IMG/VR virus record: IMGVR_UViG_3300028840_003539
Length of the DNA stretch: 20,000 bases
Direction: 5' to 3' (one strand)
From: an uncultured virus (IMG/VR IMGVR_UViG_3300028840_003539)
Taxonomy: Duplodnaviria > Heunggongvirae > Uroviricota > Caudoviricetes
The translations under genes were made by a program, and so were the position numbers. Of this stretch, positions 1 to 7,290 are shown piece by piece; within the stretch, counting starts at the first letter, position 1, and each line of letters begins with the position of its first letter. The notes under the pieces were generated by a model. It ran no database searches. It was given only the letters and a program-made list of their open reading frames with translations, and had not been told where the DNA came from.

Positions 1-249
1 GCGCTGTTGCTCGGCAGCAGCAACGGCGAGGTAGCCCGGCTGCGCCATCTCGTCGCGACGCGGCTGGAGCCAAGCGTAGCCGCGTGGGAGTTGCTGATCG
101 CACACGACGGCGTCACAGCAGGAGACCCAAAGACGGGCAAGCAACACTACTGGAAAAACGTCGACACGGCGCTGACCGCGCTTCAAGCCAAAGCCGCGAC
201 CAGGACGGCGCCGGCTGCAGTCAGTGTCGAAGACATACGAAAGGGCTGA
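1..249 (+). CDS. 5'-truncated hypothetical protein (C-terminal part)
   Basis: Frame 1 is open from base 1 to TGA at 247-249; the next ATG follows 3 nt later; codon style matches the neighbours. Confidence 0.65.
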   Translation, partial: ALLLGSSNGEVARLRHLVATRLEPSVAAWELLIAHDGVTAGDPKTGKQHYWKNVDTALTALQAKAATRTAPAAVSVEDIRKG

Positions 250-252
250 AAG

Positions 253-582
253 ATGAAAGTTTCGGATTGGGTCATGCTCGGTGGCGGAATCTTCCTCGGC
301 TGGATGCTCTTGCGCGGCAAGTGCAGCAGCGCGCAGCTGTCAACGATCGCCGGCATCTACGGCATGCCGGCCGGCACCGTCGGCGTGCGGAAGCCGACAA
401 GCCCCGGCGCGGCTGGCGGCATCGAGATCTTCGACAGGCGTAACAACGCCGCCATCATGCACGTTCTCGACGGCGACTGTGACAAGGCCGTCGCGCAGGC
501 TTCGACTGCCGTCGCGCAAGCCGCGGGCAACCGGATGTTCGCCACCAAGGCGTACGATGGCAGTCTCTACGTGGTGAGCTGA
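253..582 (+). CDS. Small protein with N-terminal membrane anchor (putative virion membrane protein)
   Basis: N-terminus MKVSDWVMLGGGIFLGWMLLRGK is hydrophobic followed by basic residues; the stop overlaps the next ATG (TGATG). Confidence 0.75.
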   Translation: MKVSDWVMLGGGIFLGWMLLRGKCSSAQLSTIAGIYGMPAGTVGVRKPTSPGAAGGIEIFDRRNNAAIMHVLDGDCDKAVAQASTAVAQAAGNRMFATKAYDGSLYVVS

Positions 583-758
583 TGGCGTACGAAGTGACGA
601 CGAAGCGTAGGCCTGTCCGCGTGCCGCTGCCGACGCGCCAGTTCGGTCTCGGCGACGCCATCGCACGCGCCACACGCGCAGTCGGCATCCAGCCGTGCGC
701 GCCGTGCAAGCGTCGGCAGGCGGCGCTCAACCGCCTGCTCGTGTTCGGGAGGCGATGA
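582..758 (+). CDS. 58-aa GLGD...CxxCxxR...LN protein (absent from ORF track)
   Basis: Manual translation: MAYEVTTKRRPVRVPLPTRQFGLGDAIARATRAVGIQPCAPCKRRQAALNRLLVFGRR*. It overlaps the upstream stop (TGATG) and the downstream start (ATGATG), exactly filling the gap. Confidence 0.8.
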   Translation: MAYEVTTKRRPVRVPLPTRQFGLGDAIARATRAVGIQPCAPCKRRQAALNRLLVFGRR

Positions 759-1015
759 TGAAAGCTTGGCGGGAGCTATCTGCCACAGTCCACGACGCGT
801 TGAACGACATCGTGACAAACGCGGGCGCTGAAGAGCTTAGTTCGCTGCAGGAGCGCGGCGTAGATCTTGAAGAGTTCTTCGGTGAGGAGCCAGACGACGT
901 ACTGCTCGACATGCTTGACGCGTTCGAGAAGCTCGTCGAGCTGCGGGATGAGTTCGGTGTGTTGGCGGAAGGCGAAGCGCTGCGTGAACCGTTGTACCCG
1001 AGAGGAAGCAACTGA
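755..1015 (+). CDS. Small acidic helical hypothetical protein
   Basis: ATG at 755 (or 758) after GGGAGG; MMKAWRELS...; Asp/Glu-rich; stop overlaps the next ATG. Confidence 0.75.
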   Translation: MMKAWRELSATVHDALNDIVTNAGAEELSSLQERGVDLEEFFGEEPDDVLLDMLDAFEKLVELRDEFGVLAEGEALREPLYPRGSN

Positions 1016-1233
1016 TGAACTGGTGGCTCATCGGAGGCGCGGCAGCGCTGGTGCTGATCGCACGGAAGGCGAAGGCTGCAAGCGCGCAGTGCCAGCACTG
1101 CTACGACGCCAAGAGCGCGGCGTACCGCGCCTGCACGGTGATCCCCGCAGAAAATCGTACAGCGCGTGAGACGTGCTTCCGCGTCGCCGACGCAGCGCTG
1201 TCAGCGTGCCTGAACCAGTGCCGAGGAGGATGA
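1015..1233 (+). CDS. N-terminally anchored six-cysteine mini-protein
   Basis: MNWWLIGGAAALVLIARK anchor, then C-x2-C-x10-C-x13-C-x10-C-x3-C; GAGG upstream. Confidence 0.75.
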   Translation: MNWWLIGGAAALVLIARKAKAASAQCQHCYDAKSAAYRACTVIPAENRTARETCFRVADAALSACLNQCRGG

Positions 1234-1234
1234 A

Positions 1235-1591
1235 ATGTCTTGGTTGAAGTGGGGTCTGATTGCCGGCGGCGCGTACCTGGGGTACAGAGCGATCAAAGCA
1301 AGCACTGCGCCGACGCCCGAGGGTGGCGTCGTGACGCCGGGAACCACCGTCGTAGCCCAGTCGCCCAACGCGCTGCTTGAAGCAGCCCGCAAGCGCCTAG
1401 ACCCCAACGTGGTCTGGACTTTGACGACGTTCGCGACAAAGCCTTTCGTCGTTCTCCAAGGTACAGTGAACAACCAGCCATTTAGCAGGACCTTCGACAA
1501 CCAGGCCGCCGCAATGGCGTGGGTGATGCAAGGGAAGTTGAATGCGCAAGGCACGCAGGCGCGCGTCAACTGGAACTGGCGAAACGAGTAG
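1235..1591 (+). CDS. Protein with N-terminal membrane anchor
   Basis: GAGGAGG RBS; MSWLKWGLIAGGAYLGYRAIK anchor followed by a Pro/Thr linker. Confidence 0.8.
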   Translation: MSWLKWGLIAGGAYLGYRAIKASTAPTPEGGVVTPGTTVVAQSPNALLEAARKRLDPNVVWTLTTFATKPFVVLQGTVNNQPFSRTFDNQAAAMAWVMQGKLNAQGTQARVNWNWRNE

Positions 1592-1596
1592 CAAAG

Positions 1597-1950
1597 ATGC
1601 TTTACAGCGTCTACAACTGGAACAAGAAGGCCTACGACGTCTTCGAATCCCGCAGCGGCGAGGCCAACGGCCAGCGTCCGAAGCCACGCCGCACGGGTCC
1701 AGGTCCGCAAGGTCCCGGCCAGCAGCTAGAGTCGTTGCTGCCGATCCTTCCACTCGACGCGATCCTGCTCCGCACGGCGCGCAAGCCGGCTGGGCGCATC
1801 GCTATCCATCACACATCTCCGGCCGTCGGTCTTGGCTGGTCGCCGGAGGAAAGCTGGTTGGTGAGAAAGCCGTGGTTGATGTTAGGGATTGGAGCCCTCG
1901 GGTTGCTGGTGGGGTATCGGTTGCTTCACCACATCGCGAGGAAGCTGTGA
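1597..1950 (+). CDS. Protein with C-terminal membrane anchor
   Basis: ATG 5 nt after the previous stop (MLYSVYNWNKKAYDVF...); GLG motif, then hydrophobic WLMLGIGALGLLVGY and a basic tail. Confidence 0.75.
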   Translation: MLYSVYNWNKKAYDVFESRSGEANGQRPKPRRTGPGPQGPGQQLESLLPILPLDAILLRTARKPAGRIAIHHTSPAVGLGWSPEESWLVRKPWLMLGIGALGLLVGYRLLHHIARKL

Positions 1951-2366
1951 ACGGTGACGAGAAAAAGCTTCTGACAGACTTGCAGTTGCAGATCGTCAAA
2001 GCTTCCACCAAGCAAGAGACGTGGGCGAAGACGCACGACGCTAGGCTGGAGAAGATCGAAGGCTCGCTTGAAATGACCAACGCCGCGGTACAGAGAATCG
2101 GCAGCGAGGTTGCTCTTATTCAAGGGCAGGCTTCCGCGCGCGACAAGCGCATCAGCACCGAGGCTTCTAGGGTTGCCAAGATCGAACGGCGCTTGCGAAG
2201 GCAGGAAGACACTGGCGTGCACAACGTCGCAGAGATGCAGGGGGCGCTAAAGGCACGCGAGGCGACACGCAAGGGCTTCCTTTTTGCGTTCGCCGTGCTA
2301 GGAGCCATCGGCGTCGTCGGCGGCATCGTCTTCGGCGTGTTGAAGATCACGGGGTGTGGGGGCTGA
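1947..2366 (+). CDS. Coiled-coil protein with C-terminal transmembrane helix (holin/XhlA-like architecture possible)
   Basis: GTG start overlapping the previous stop (GTGA); heptad-like LEKIEGSLEMTNAAVQRI; C-terminal FLFAFAVLGAIGVVGGIVFGVL. Confidence 0.7.
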   Translation: MNGDEKKLLTDLQLQIVKASTKQETWAKTHDARLEKIEGSLEMTNAAVQRIGSEVALIQGQASARDKRISTEASRVAKIERRLRRQEDTGVHNVAEMQGALKAREATRKGFLFAFAVLGAIGVVGGIVFGVLKITGCGG

Positions 2367-2369
2367 AAG

Positions 2370-3170
2370 ATGGCAGGCTGGAAAAAGCACGTAGTAGACG
2401 TGGCTCGTCTCAGCGCGCAAGTGAGTCAAGAGATGCAGAAGCATCTTGACGTCATTTTGGCAGAACGAATGTCGAAGCGCGCCGACCACGCACGTCTAGC
2501 AGCCTCGCAGGAAGCTCTCCGGCGGCTTCGTGAGCTGTGCCCAGGCATACGGGCATTTTCAGAGATGCCGCTGGAAGAAGCTGAAGCTGCAGTACGTGCG
2601 CTAGCTAGAGACAACCCGCGCGACCTGACCGAGGCCGACCTCAAGCACCTCGACGTGTCGAAGCTCGACTACGGCACGCGACGCCGGAAGCCCCGCGGGA
2701 CCTTCATCGAGCCGATCCGCAACCCCAGTGGTGCCGTCGCACGCTGCGAAGAGTTTCACGGCGACGGCGGCGCTTGTGATAGCTACGTCGAGAAGCAGCT
2801 CTGGATGCCCGGACCGATCGTGCTGATGGGTACCTGCATCGACTGCGGCTACAACGTCACCGACCGCAACAGCGAAAAGGACGGGCGCTACGTCCACGAC
2901 CACAAGTCCGGCGTCAAGCTCTACCGCCGCGCCAAGACCGGCGAGCGCTCGACGAAGACGCTCACGCCGCCCCGCCAGGTGTTCGTGCTAGGCGACTGGC
3001 TCGGCTGCACGTACGACGACGGTGACGGTGAAAAAGAACTGACAGGCTCGTCGCGCGTCAAGGCGTGCACCGACAACGGCAGGCGGCTGTTCGCCATTCA
3101 TTCGACCAAGGGCTGCCTCTACGTGATCTCGGGCGGCAGCTTCCGCATCCGAGACTGGATGTACGACTAG
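2370..3170 (+). CDS. Hypothetical protein with two NP motifs and a beta-rich C-terminal domain
   Basis: 266-aa ORF filling the gap; RDNP and IRNP motifs; C-terminal domain with EEFHG, YVHDH, GGSFRI. Confidence 0.8.
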   Translation: MAGWKKHVVDVARLSAQVSQEMQKHLDVILAERMSKRADHARLAASQEALRRLRELCPGIRAFSEMPLEEAEAAVRALARDNPRDLTEADLKHLDVSKLDYGTRRRKPRGTFIEPIRNPSGAVARCEEFHGDGGACDSYVEKQLWMPGPIVLMGTCIDCGYNVTDRNSEKDGRYVHDHKSGVKLYRRAKTGERSTKTLTPPRQVFVLGDWLGCTYDDGDGEKELTGSSRVKACTDNGRRLFAIHSTKGCLYVISGGSFRIRDWMYD

Positions 3171-3178
3171 GAGCTAGC

Positions 3179-4516
3179 ATGCCTACGAAGCCCAAGAGGT
3201 TGATGATCGAAGTCGATCTCAGGACCGAGCCAGGAACGCTGCACTCTATTCCTGCGCGGCCAGGCGACATCGTCATCGACGGCGATGGCAATGAAATCGC
3301 CACGGATCTCGACTACAACCGCCGTAAGGCTGCCATCGACTTCGTCGATCCGACGCAGCCGCCGCCGACGGAAGTAGTCGGTGACCGCTACGTCTTGAAC
3401 CACACGCCAGGAACAGTCCATCCAGGTTGGGACAATGCGACGCAAGGTGACATCGTCGAGTTCGTCGAAGGACCGCTTCCGACCCTCAATAACTGGGTCG
3501 CACAGCCCCCGGTCATCGGCTGGACGATCTATATAACGGCGCTGGACTACGACCTCCTGTTCGACAAGACCTCGACCTGGGTGCCGCGCATCCTCACAGG
3601 CGTTCCTGCAACGCGGTCAATCATAGCCGGCGCCGGCTTGGTCGGCGGCGGAAACCTGTCGGTGGACCGTACGATCGACGCCGTAGCGCATCCCGACGGG
3701 TCGATCGTCGTCAACCCGGACAACATCCAGGTCGGTGTGCTCGCGACTGATGGGCAGCACGGCGTACGCGGCGGCGGGACGCAGCACGCGTTGGCCACAA
3801 CGCTCGTCGCTGGCTTCATGTCGCCCGCAGACAAGGCGAAGCTCGACGCGGCTGCGCTGTCGTTGTCTGACACGCCACCAGTCGACGTGACCAAGTCACC
3901 TGCCGCGGCAGGCATAGCAACCGAGGCCTCGCGCCAAGACCACAAACACGACGTTGCTACTGCAACCGCGGTTGAGTTGACCGACACGACGAACGCAGAA
4001 GGGGCAGCGACGTCGCTGGCGCGGTCCGACCACAAGCACGCGCATGGAGACCGTGGAGGAGGTTCCCTGCATGCGTTGGCCACGACGCTCGTTGCCGGCT
4101 TCATGTCGCCGGCGGACAAGACGAAGCTCGACGGCCTTACGCCAGGCGGCGGCGGACAGAAGACCGAACACATCTCCATCCAGTCTGGGGACAGGGCGTA
4201 CAGCAAGACCGGGCTCGGCGTCTACTTAGTCGTCGGCCGGTTCCGTTTCCGCGGGACGACTGTAATGGGTACGCCCGCCAACATCCGAGCGAACTACTGG
4301 CAGTCAGGCACTCCTGGTGCCGCCGTGTGGTGCAGAATCCAGGACGCCACCAACAACAACACAATTTGTAGCTCGGCGACGACGAGCCAACTCGACGACG
4401 AGTTCAGAGACCTCGGCGCGTTGAGTTCCTTGCCAGCAGGCCCTGCTACTTTCGAGGTGCAGGTAAAAGCGTCTGGCGGGCAGGTCCGAATCGGCGGCGT
4501 CATCATCGAATACTAG
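3179..4516 (+). CDS. Fibre/spike-like protein (DUF2793-like segment, fibre repeats, C-terminal beta domain)
   Basis: AGGAG RBS before ATG 3179. PPP..GDRY..W..GDI..W..P..GW resembles DUF2793. AGAGLVGGGNLSVDRT, two HALATTLVAGFMSPADKxKLD repeats and two RxDHKH motifs are typical of phage fibre shafts. Confidence 0.75.
   Translation: MPTKPKRLMIEVDLRTEPGTLHSIPARPGDIVIDGDGNEIATDLDYNRRKAAIDFVDPTQPPPTEVVGDRYVLNHTPGTVHPGWDNATQGDIVEFVEGPLPTLNNWVAQPPVIGWTIYITALDYDLLFDKTSTWVPRILTGVPATRSIIAGAGLVGGGNLSVDRTIDAVAHPDGSIVVNPDNIQVGVLATDGQHGVRGGGTQHALATTLVAGFMSPADKAKLDAAALSLSDTPPVDVTKSPAAAGIATEASRQDHKHDVATATAVELTDTTNAEGAATSLARSDHKHAHGDRGGGSLHALATTLVAGFMSPADKTKLDGLTPGGGGQKTEHISIQSGDRAYSKTGLGVYLVVGRFRFRGTTVMGTPANIRANYWQSGTPGAAVWCRIQDATNNNTICSSATTSQLDDEFRDLGALSSLPAGPATFEVQVKASGGQVRIGGVIIEY
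3785..4132 (+). repeat. Intragenic 63-nt (21-aa) direct repeat, copies 3785-3847 and 4070-4132
   Basis: HALATTLVAGFMSPADKAKLD vs HALATTLVAGFMSPADKTKLD, with mostly synonymous nucleotide differences; both are preceded by HGxRGGG. Confidence 0.9.
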
Positions 4517-4525
4517 GAGCGTGGC

Positions 4526-5137
4526 ATGAGCCTGGACTACTACAGAATCTGGTGCGTGACCGACGGCAAGTACGAGTACGAGTGGAGCGAAACGGAGCCG
4601 ACAGTCTGCCCTGTCAACCCCGCGCATACGATCGACCCGACGAAGACCGCCGTAGTCGACACACGCGCGGAGCTTGACATCATCGTCGACCCGGCACCAA
4701 GCGCCATCTTGCCAGGCGCGTCTCTCGTCGTCGCCAACGATCGCCCTGCGGTAGAAGTTCAAGACGGTGGTCTTGGCTGGGGTGCTGTGGACGCGCGTTG
4801 GCCGCACGAGCTGAACGCGAAGGCGCGGCTCAAGGTCTGCATCAAGTTCATCCTGAAATCGCTCGGGACGGGCACAGTCGCTCGCATGGGCGCCCGCGTC
4901 AAGGCAGGCGGGGAAGGCGACGATTCGTCCGAGACGTGGGAAGACACCCAGTACGTCGACGCTCCTGTAACGCACACGACGCTGGGCGAGATCTTCATAG
5001 CGGAGTTCGACCTCGACGCAAGCTCGTTCAACATCAACGACGCGGTCGCGCTGCAAGTCGGACGTGACGGAGCACACGCGAACGACACCCTCGACCAGCC
5101 AGTGCAGATCTTCTGCGTGAAGGGAGTTGCGATCTAA
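4526..5137 (+). CDS. Putative virion protein: N-terminal C..CPxNxxH motif plus beta-rich domain
   Basis: AGGAG RBS; YRIWCVTD...W...PTVCPVNPAHTID; the rest shows alternating beta-strand patterns. Confidence 0.75.
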   Translation: MSLDYYRIWCVTDGKYEYEWSETEPTVCPVNPAHTIDPTKTAVVDTRAELDIIVDPAPSAILPGASLVVANDRPAVEVQDGGLGWGAVDARWPHELNAKARLKVCIKFILKSLGTGTVARMGARVKAGGEGDDSSETWEDTQYVDAPVTHTTLGEIFIAEFDLDASSFNINDAVALQVGRDGAHANDTLDQPVQIFCVKGVAI

Positions 5138-5556
5138 TGCCAGGCAACGAGACAGTAAGCAAGTCCCCGCGTGCTTTTCTGCCCGTGCAGTGGACGAAGG
5201 AAGGCTTCACGGCAGGCCAGGCGGTGGGAGTTTCGCTGCAGATCAGCAGCTTTCCAGCGTCGATCTACGAGATGTCGCTGCTCCGCGAGACGTCGCTCCT
5301 GACGGTCGCCATCGTCCTGAGCGCGGCGCCAACCGCCGGTTTCATCCGCTTCGAACTGACGAAAAACGGCGTCGACACAGGCAAGACCGTGGACATGGAC
5401 ACGGCGAAAGGCACCAGGTACATGTGGGAATTTCGTCCCGGCGAGCTGACTGGTGCCAAAGGTGACCGGATTGGAGTAAAGTGGGGCAGCAGCGGGACGC
5501 TGACGCCGAGCGGAAGCATTGACGGAGCTGTGCTTCTCGAAGTGCAGGACGCATAA
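5137..5556 (+). CDS. Small all-beta protein (putative vertex/spike-associated)
   Basis: TAATG coupling; GGGAG upstream; beta-strand pattern throughout. Confidence 0.75.
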   Translation: MPGNETVSKSPRAFLPVQWTKEGFTAGQAVGVSLQISSFPASIYEMSLLRETSLLTVAIVLSAAPTAGFIRFELTKNGVDTGKTVDMDTAKGTRYMWEFRPGELTGAKGDRIGVKWGSSGTLTPSGSIDGAVLLEVQDA

Positions 5557-5597
5557 AAACAACGCGCTCTGCCTGGGCGCGGCGAGGAGATTCGAAG

Positions 5598-7223
5598 ATG
5601 GCTGCTGGAGATACCAAGAAACCACACGTCAGTATAGATCCCGGTCAGCACAGCCCAGGCGTGCTGCCTACGCGGCCAGTCGGACCAGGCGAAATCCTCG
5701 TCGACGGCGACGGCAACCCCATCGGCGGCAGCACGATCATCATACCCGTCGATCCATCCGGCGATCTCGCGCTCGCGGAAGTCAACACGCTCGCTGAAAC
5801 TCTCCGCAGCGAATTGCTGCAGAAGATTCAGGACGCCTTCGACGGCGCTGTCGCCATGATGGAAGCGTCGGACGATGAAGTAGTCGACGAGCAAGAAGAC
5901 ACCGCGCTGGCAACCATCGAAGCACTAACGGTGAAGCTCCACGCGGAGATCACCCAGGTAGGCGAAGACGCCCTCTCGGGCGCCATCGCGCTCGTCGATG
6001 CGCTCAGGTTGGAGCTGGCGGAATCCGGCAGTGACACCGAAAGCGAGATTGCACAGTTCGAGCATGACATCTCCGAGCTGGAGCAACGTGTCACTGACTG
6101 CTTCGCTGGCGCGGTCGCACTCATCGACAAGCTCGCGCTCGACGTAGCTGTCGCGAAGCAGCACGCCACCGCGGTAGGCGCAGCACTTGCAAACGTGCAG
6201 GAATCGCTGCAGCAGGAAATCTCCGACTGCTTCGCTAGCGCGGTCGCGCTCGTCGACAAGCACACGTGCTGCGACGATGCGTACGCGCTGGTAGATGCAG
6301 CCGCCGCGGTTGCGAAGAGTGATCTGGAAGAAGCCATCGATGACGTCTTTGGTGGCACCGTCGCGCTCGTCGACAGGTCCGCGCTGAAGCTAACCTCAGC
6401 CATTCATACCGAAGCTGGCGGGCTGGTGAGCAATGCCGCCGTAGGTTTGCAAGCTGCACTAGATCAGGCGACCGATTCTCTCCAGGCCGCCATCGCCGGC
6501 GTGGAAGATCGCCTCACGGCGCGCGTCGGCAGGCTGTACGAAGACCACACGACCGACGCTACGCCAAAGGTCATCGCGACGGTTACTCCGTCGCTCACAC
6601 AAACCGTGCGCATCCTGGTCAAAATCCAGGCGCGACGAGCTGACCGGCGGCAGCACGCCGCGTACACGCTCGAAGCACTCGCGCGTGCCGTCGCGGCATG
6701 GGACACCTTGACGCTTTCCGTCGCGATCCCGAGCGACGGCGAAACAGTGACGATCGACGCCGTCACGTACACCTGGCGTGCTGCTCCGGTCGCAGCCTAC
6801 GACGTCAACATCGGTGCCGACATCCAAGGTTCGATCGACAATCTCGTTGCCGCAATCAACCTGACTGGCACAGCCGGTGTCGACTACGGCCCTGGAACGC
6901 TGCAGCATCCAACCGTCTCGGCTGTGAAGACGTCGACGACGACGATGGACGCGGTCTACAAGACGCCAGGAGTCGTAGGAAACGGAATCGTCGCGACCGA
7001 GACGATGGTCAACGGCGTTTGGACCAACGGCGGCGCAGGGCTGGCTGGTGGCTCGGACATGCTGGTGACGCTCTTCACCGACGACGACGATGTCGAAGAC
7101 GACGTCGCCTGGGACGCCACGATGGCTGCGGGAGCTGGTCAGGACGTCGAGGTCAAGGTGATTGGCAAAGCCCTCGCCGACATTCGTTGGCTGGCCGAGG
7201 TTCGCGTCATCGAGCAACCGTGA
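5598..7223 (+). CDS. Large fibre/spike-like protein: shared N-terminal module, acidic helical repeats, C-terminal beta domains
   Basis: GAGGAG RBS; N-terminal PG.L...P..PGEILVDGDGN shared with the 3179 protein; five D.(F/L)..(A/T)(V/I)A(L/M) repeats; Thr/Val/Gly-rich C-terminal half. Confidence 0.8.
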   Translation: MAAGDTKKPHVSIDPGQHSPGVLPTRPVGPGEILVDGDGNPIGGSTIIIPVDPSGDLALAEVNTLAETLRSELLQKIQDAFDGAVAMMEASDDEVVDEQEDTALATIEALTVKLHAEITQVGEDALSGAIALVDALRLELAESGSDTESEIAQFEHDISELEQRVTDCFAGAVALIDKLALDVAVAKQHATAVGAALANVQESLQQEISDCFASAVALVDKHTCCDDAYALVDAAAAVAKSDLEEAIDDVFGGTVALVDRSALKLTSAIHTEAGGLVSNAAVGLQAALDQATDSLQAAIAGVEDRLTARVGRLYEDHTTDATPKVIATVTPSLTQTVRILVKIQARRADRRQHAAYTLEALARAVAAWDTLTLSVAIPSDGETVTIDAVTYTWRAAPVAAYDVNIGADIQGSIDNLVAAINLTGTAGVDYGPGTLQHPTVSAVKTSTTTMDAVYKTPGVVGNGIVATETMVNGVWTNGGAGLAGGSDMLVTLFTDDDDVEDDVAWDATMAAGAGQDVEVKVIGKALADIRWLAEVRVIEQP

Positions 7224-7229
7224 TATAGT
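7201..7229 (+). promoter_or_regulatory. Candidate sigma70-type promoter (extended -10)
   Basis: TTCGCG (7201-7206), 17-nt spacer, TG-A-TATAGT (7221-7229), upstream of the purine-rich RBS AAGGAAAGGAAAAAGGAA. Confidence 0.5.
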
Positions 7230-7290
7230 CTGCGCGATCCGCGCTAAATGAAACACCCGCGCTGGTGCGGGTAAGGAAAGGAAAAAGGAA

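Noticed and set aside
1542..1946. Upstream extensions given by the ORF track (1542, also 695, 1519, 3065, 8723, 11015, 13918, 14331, 15140)
   Set aside because: They overlap upstream genes. Downstream starts have an RBS and/or stop-start coupling.
3785..4132. Repeat pair as possible diversity-generating retroelement TR/VR or CRISPR
   Set aside because: Differences are mostly synonymous and not adenine-specific, both copies are in-frame mid-gene, and no reverse transcriptase or spacer array is present.
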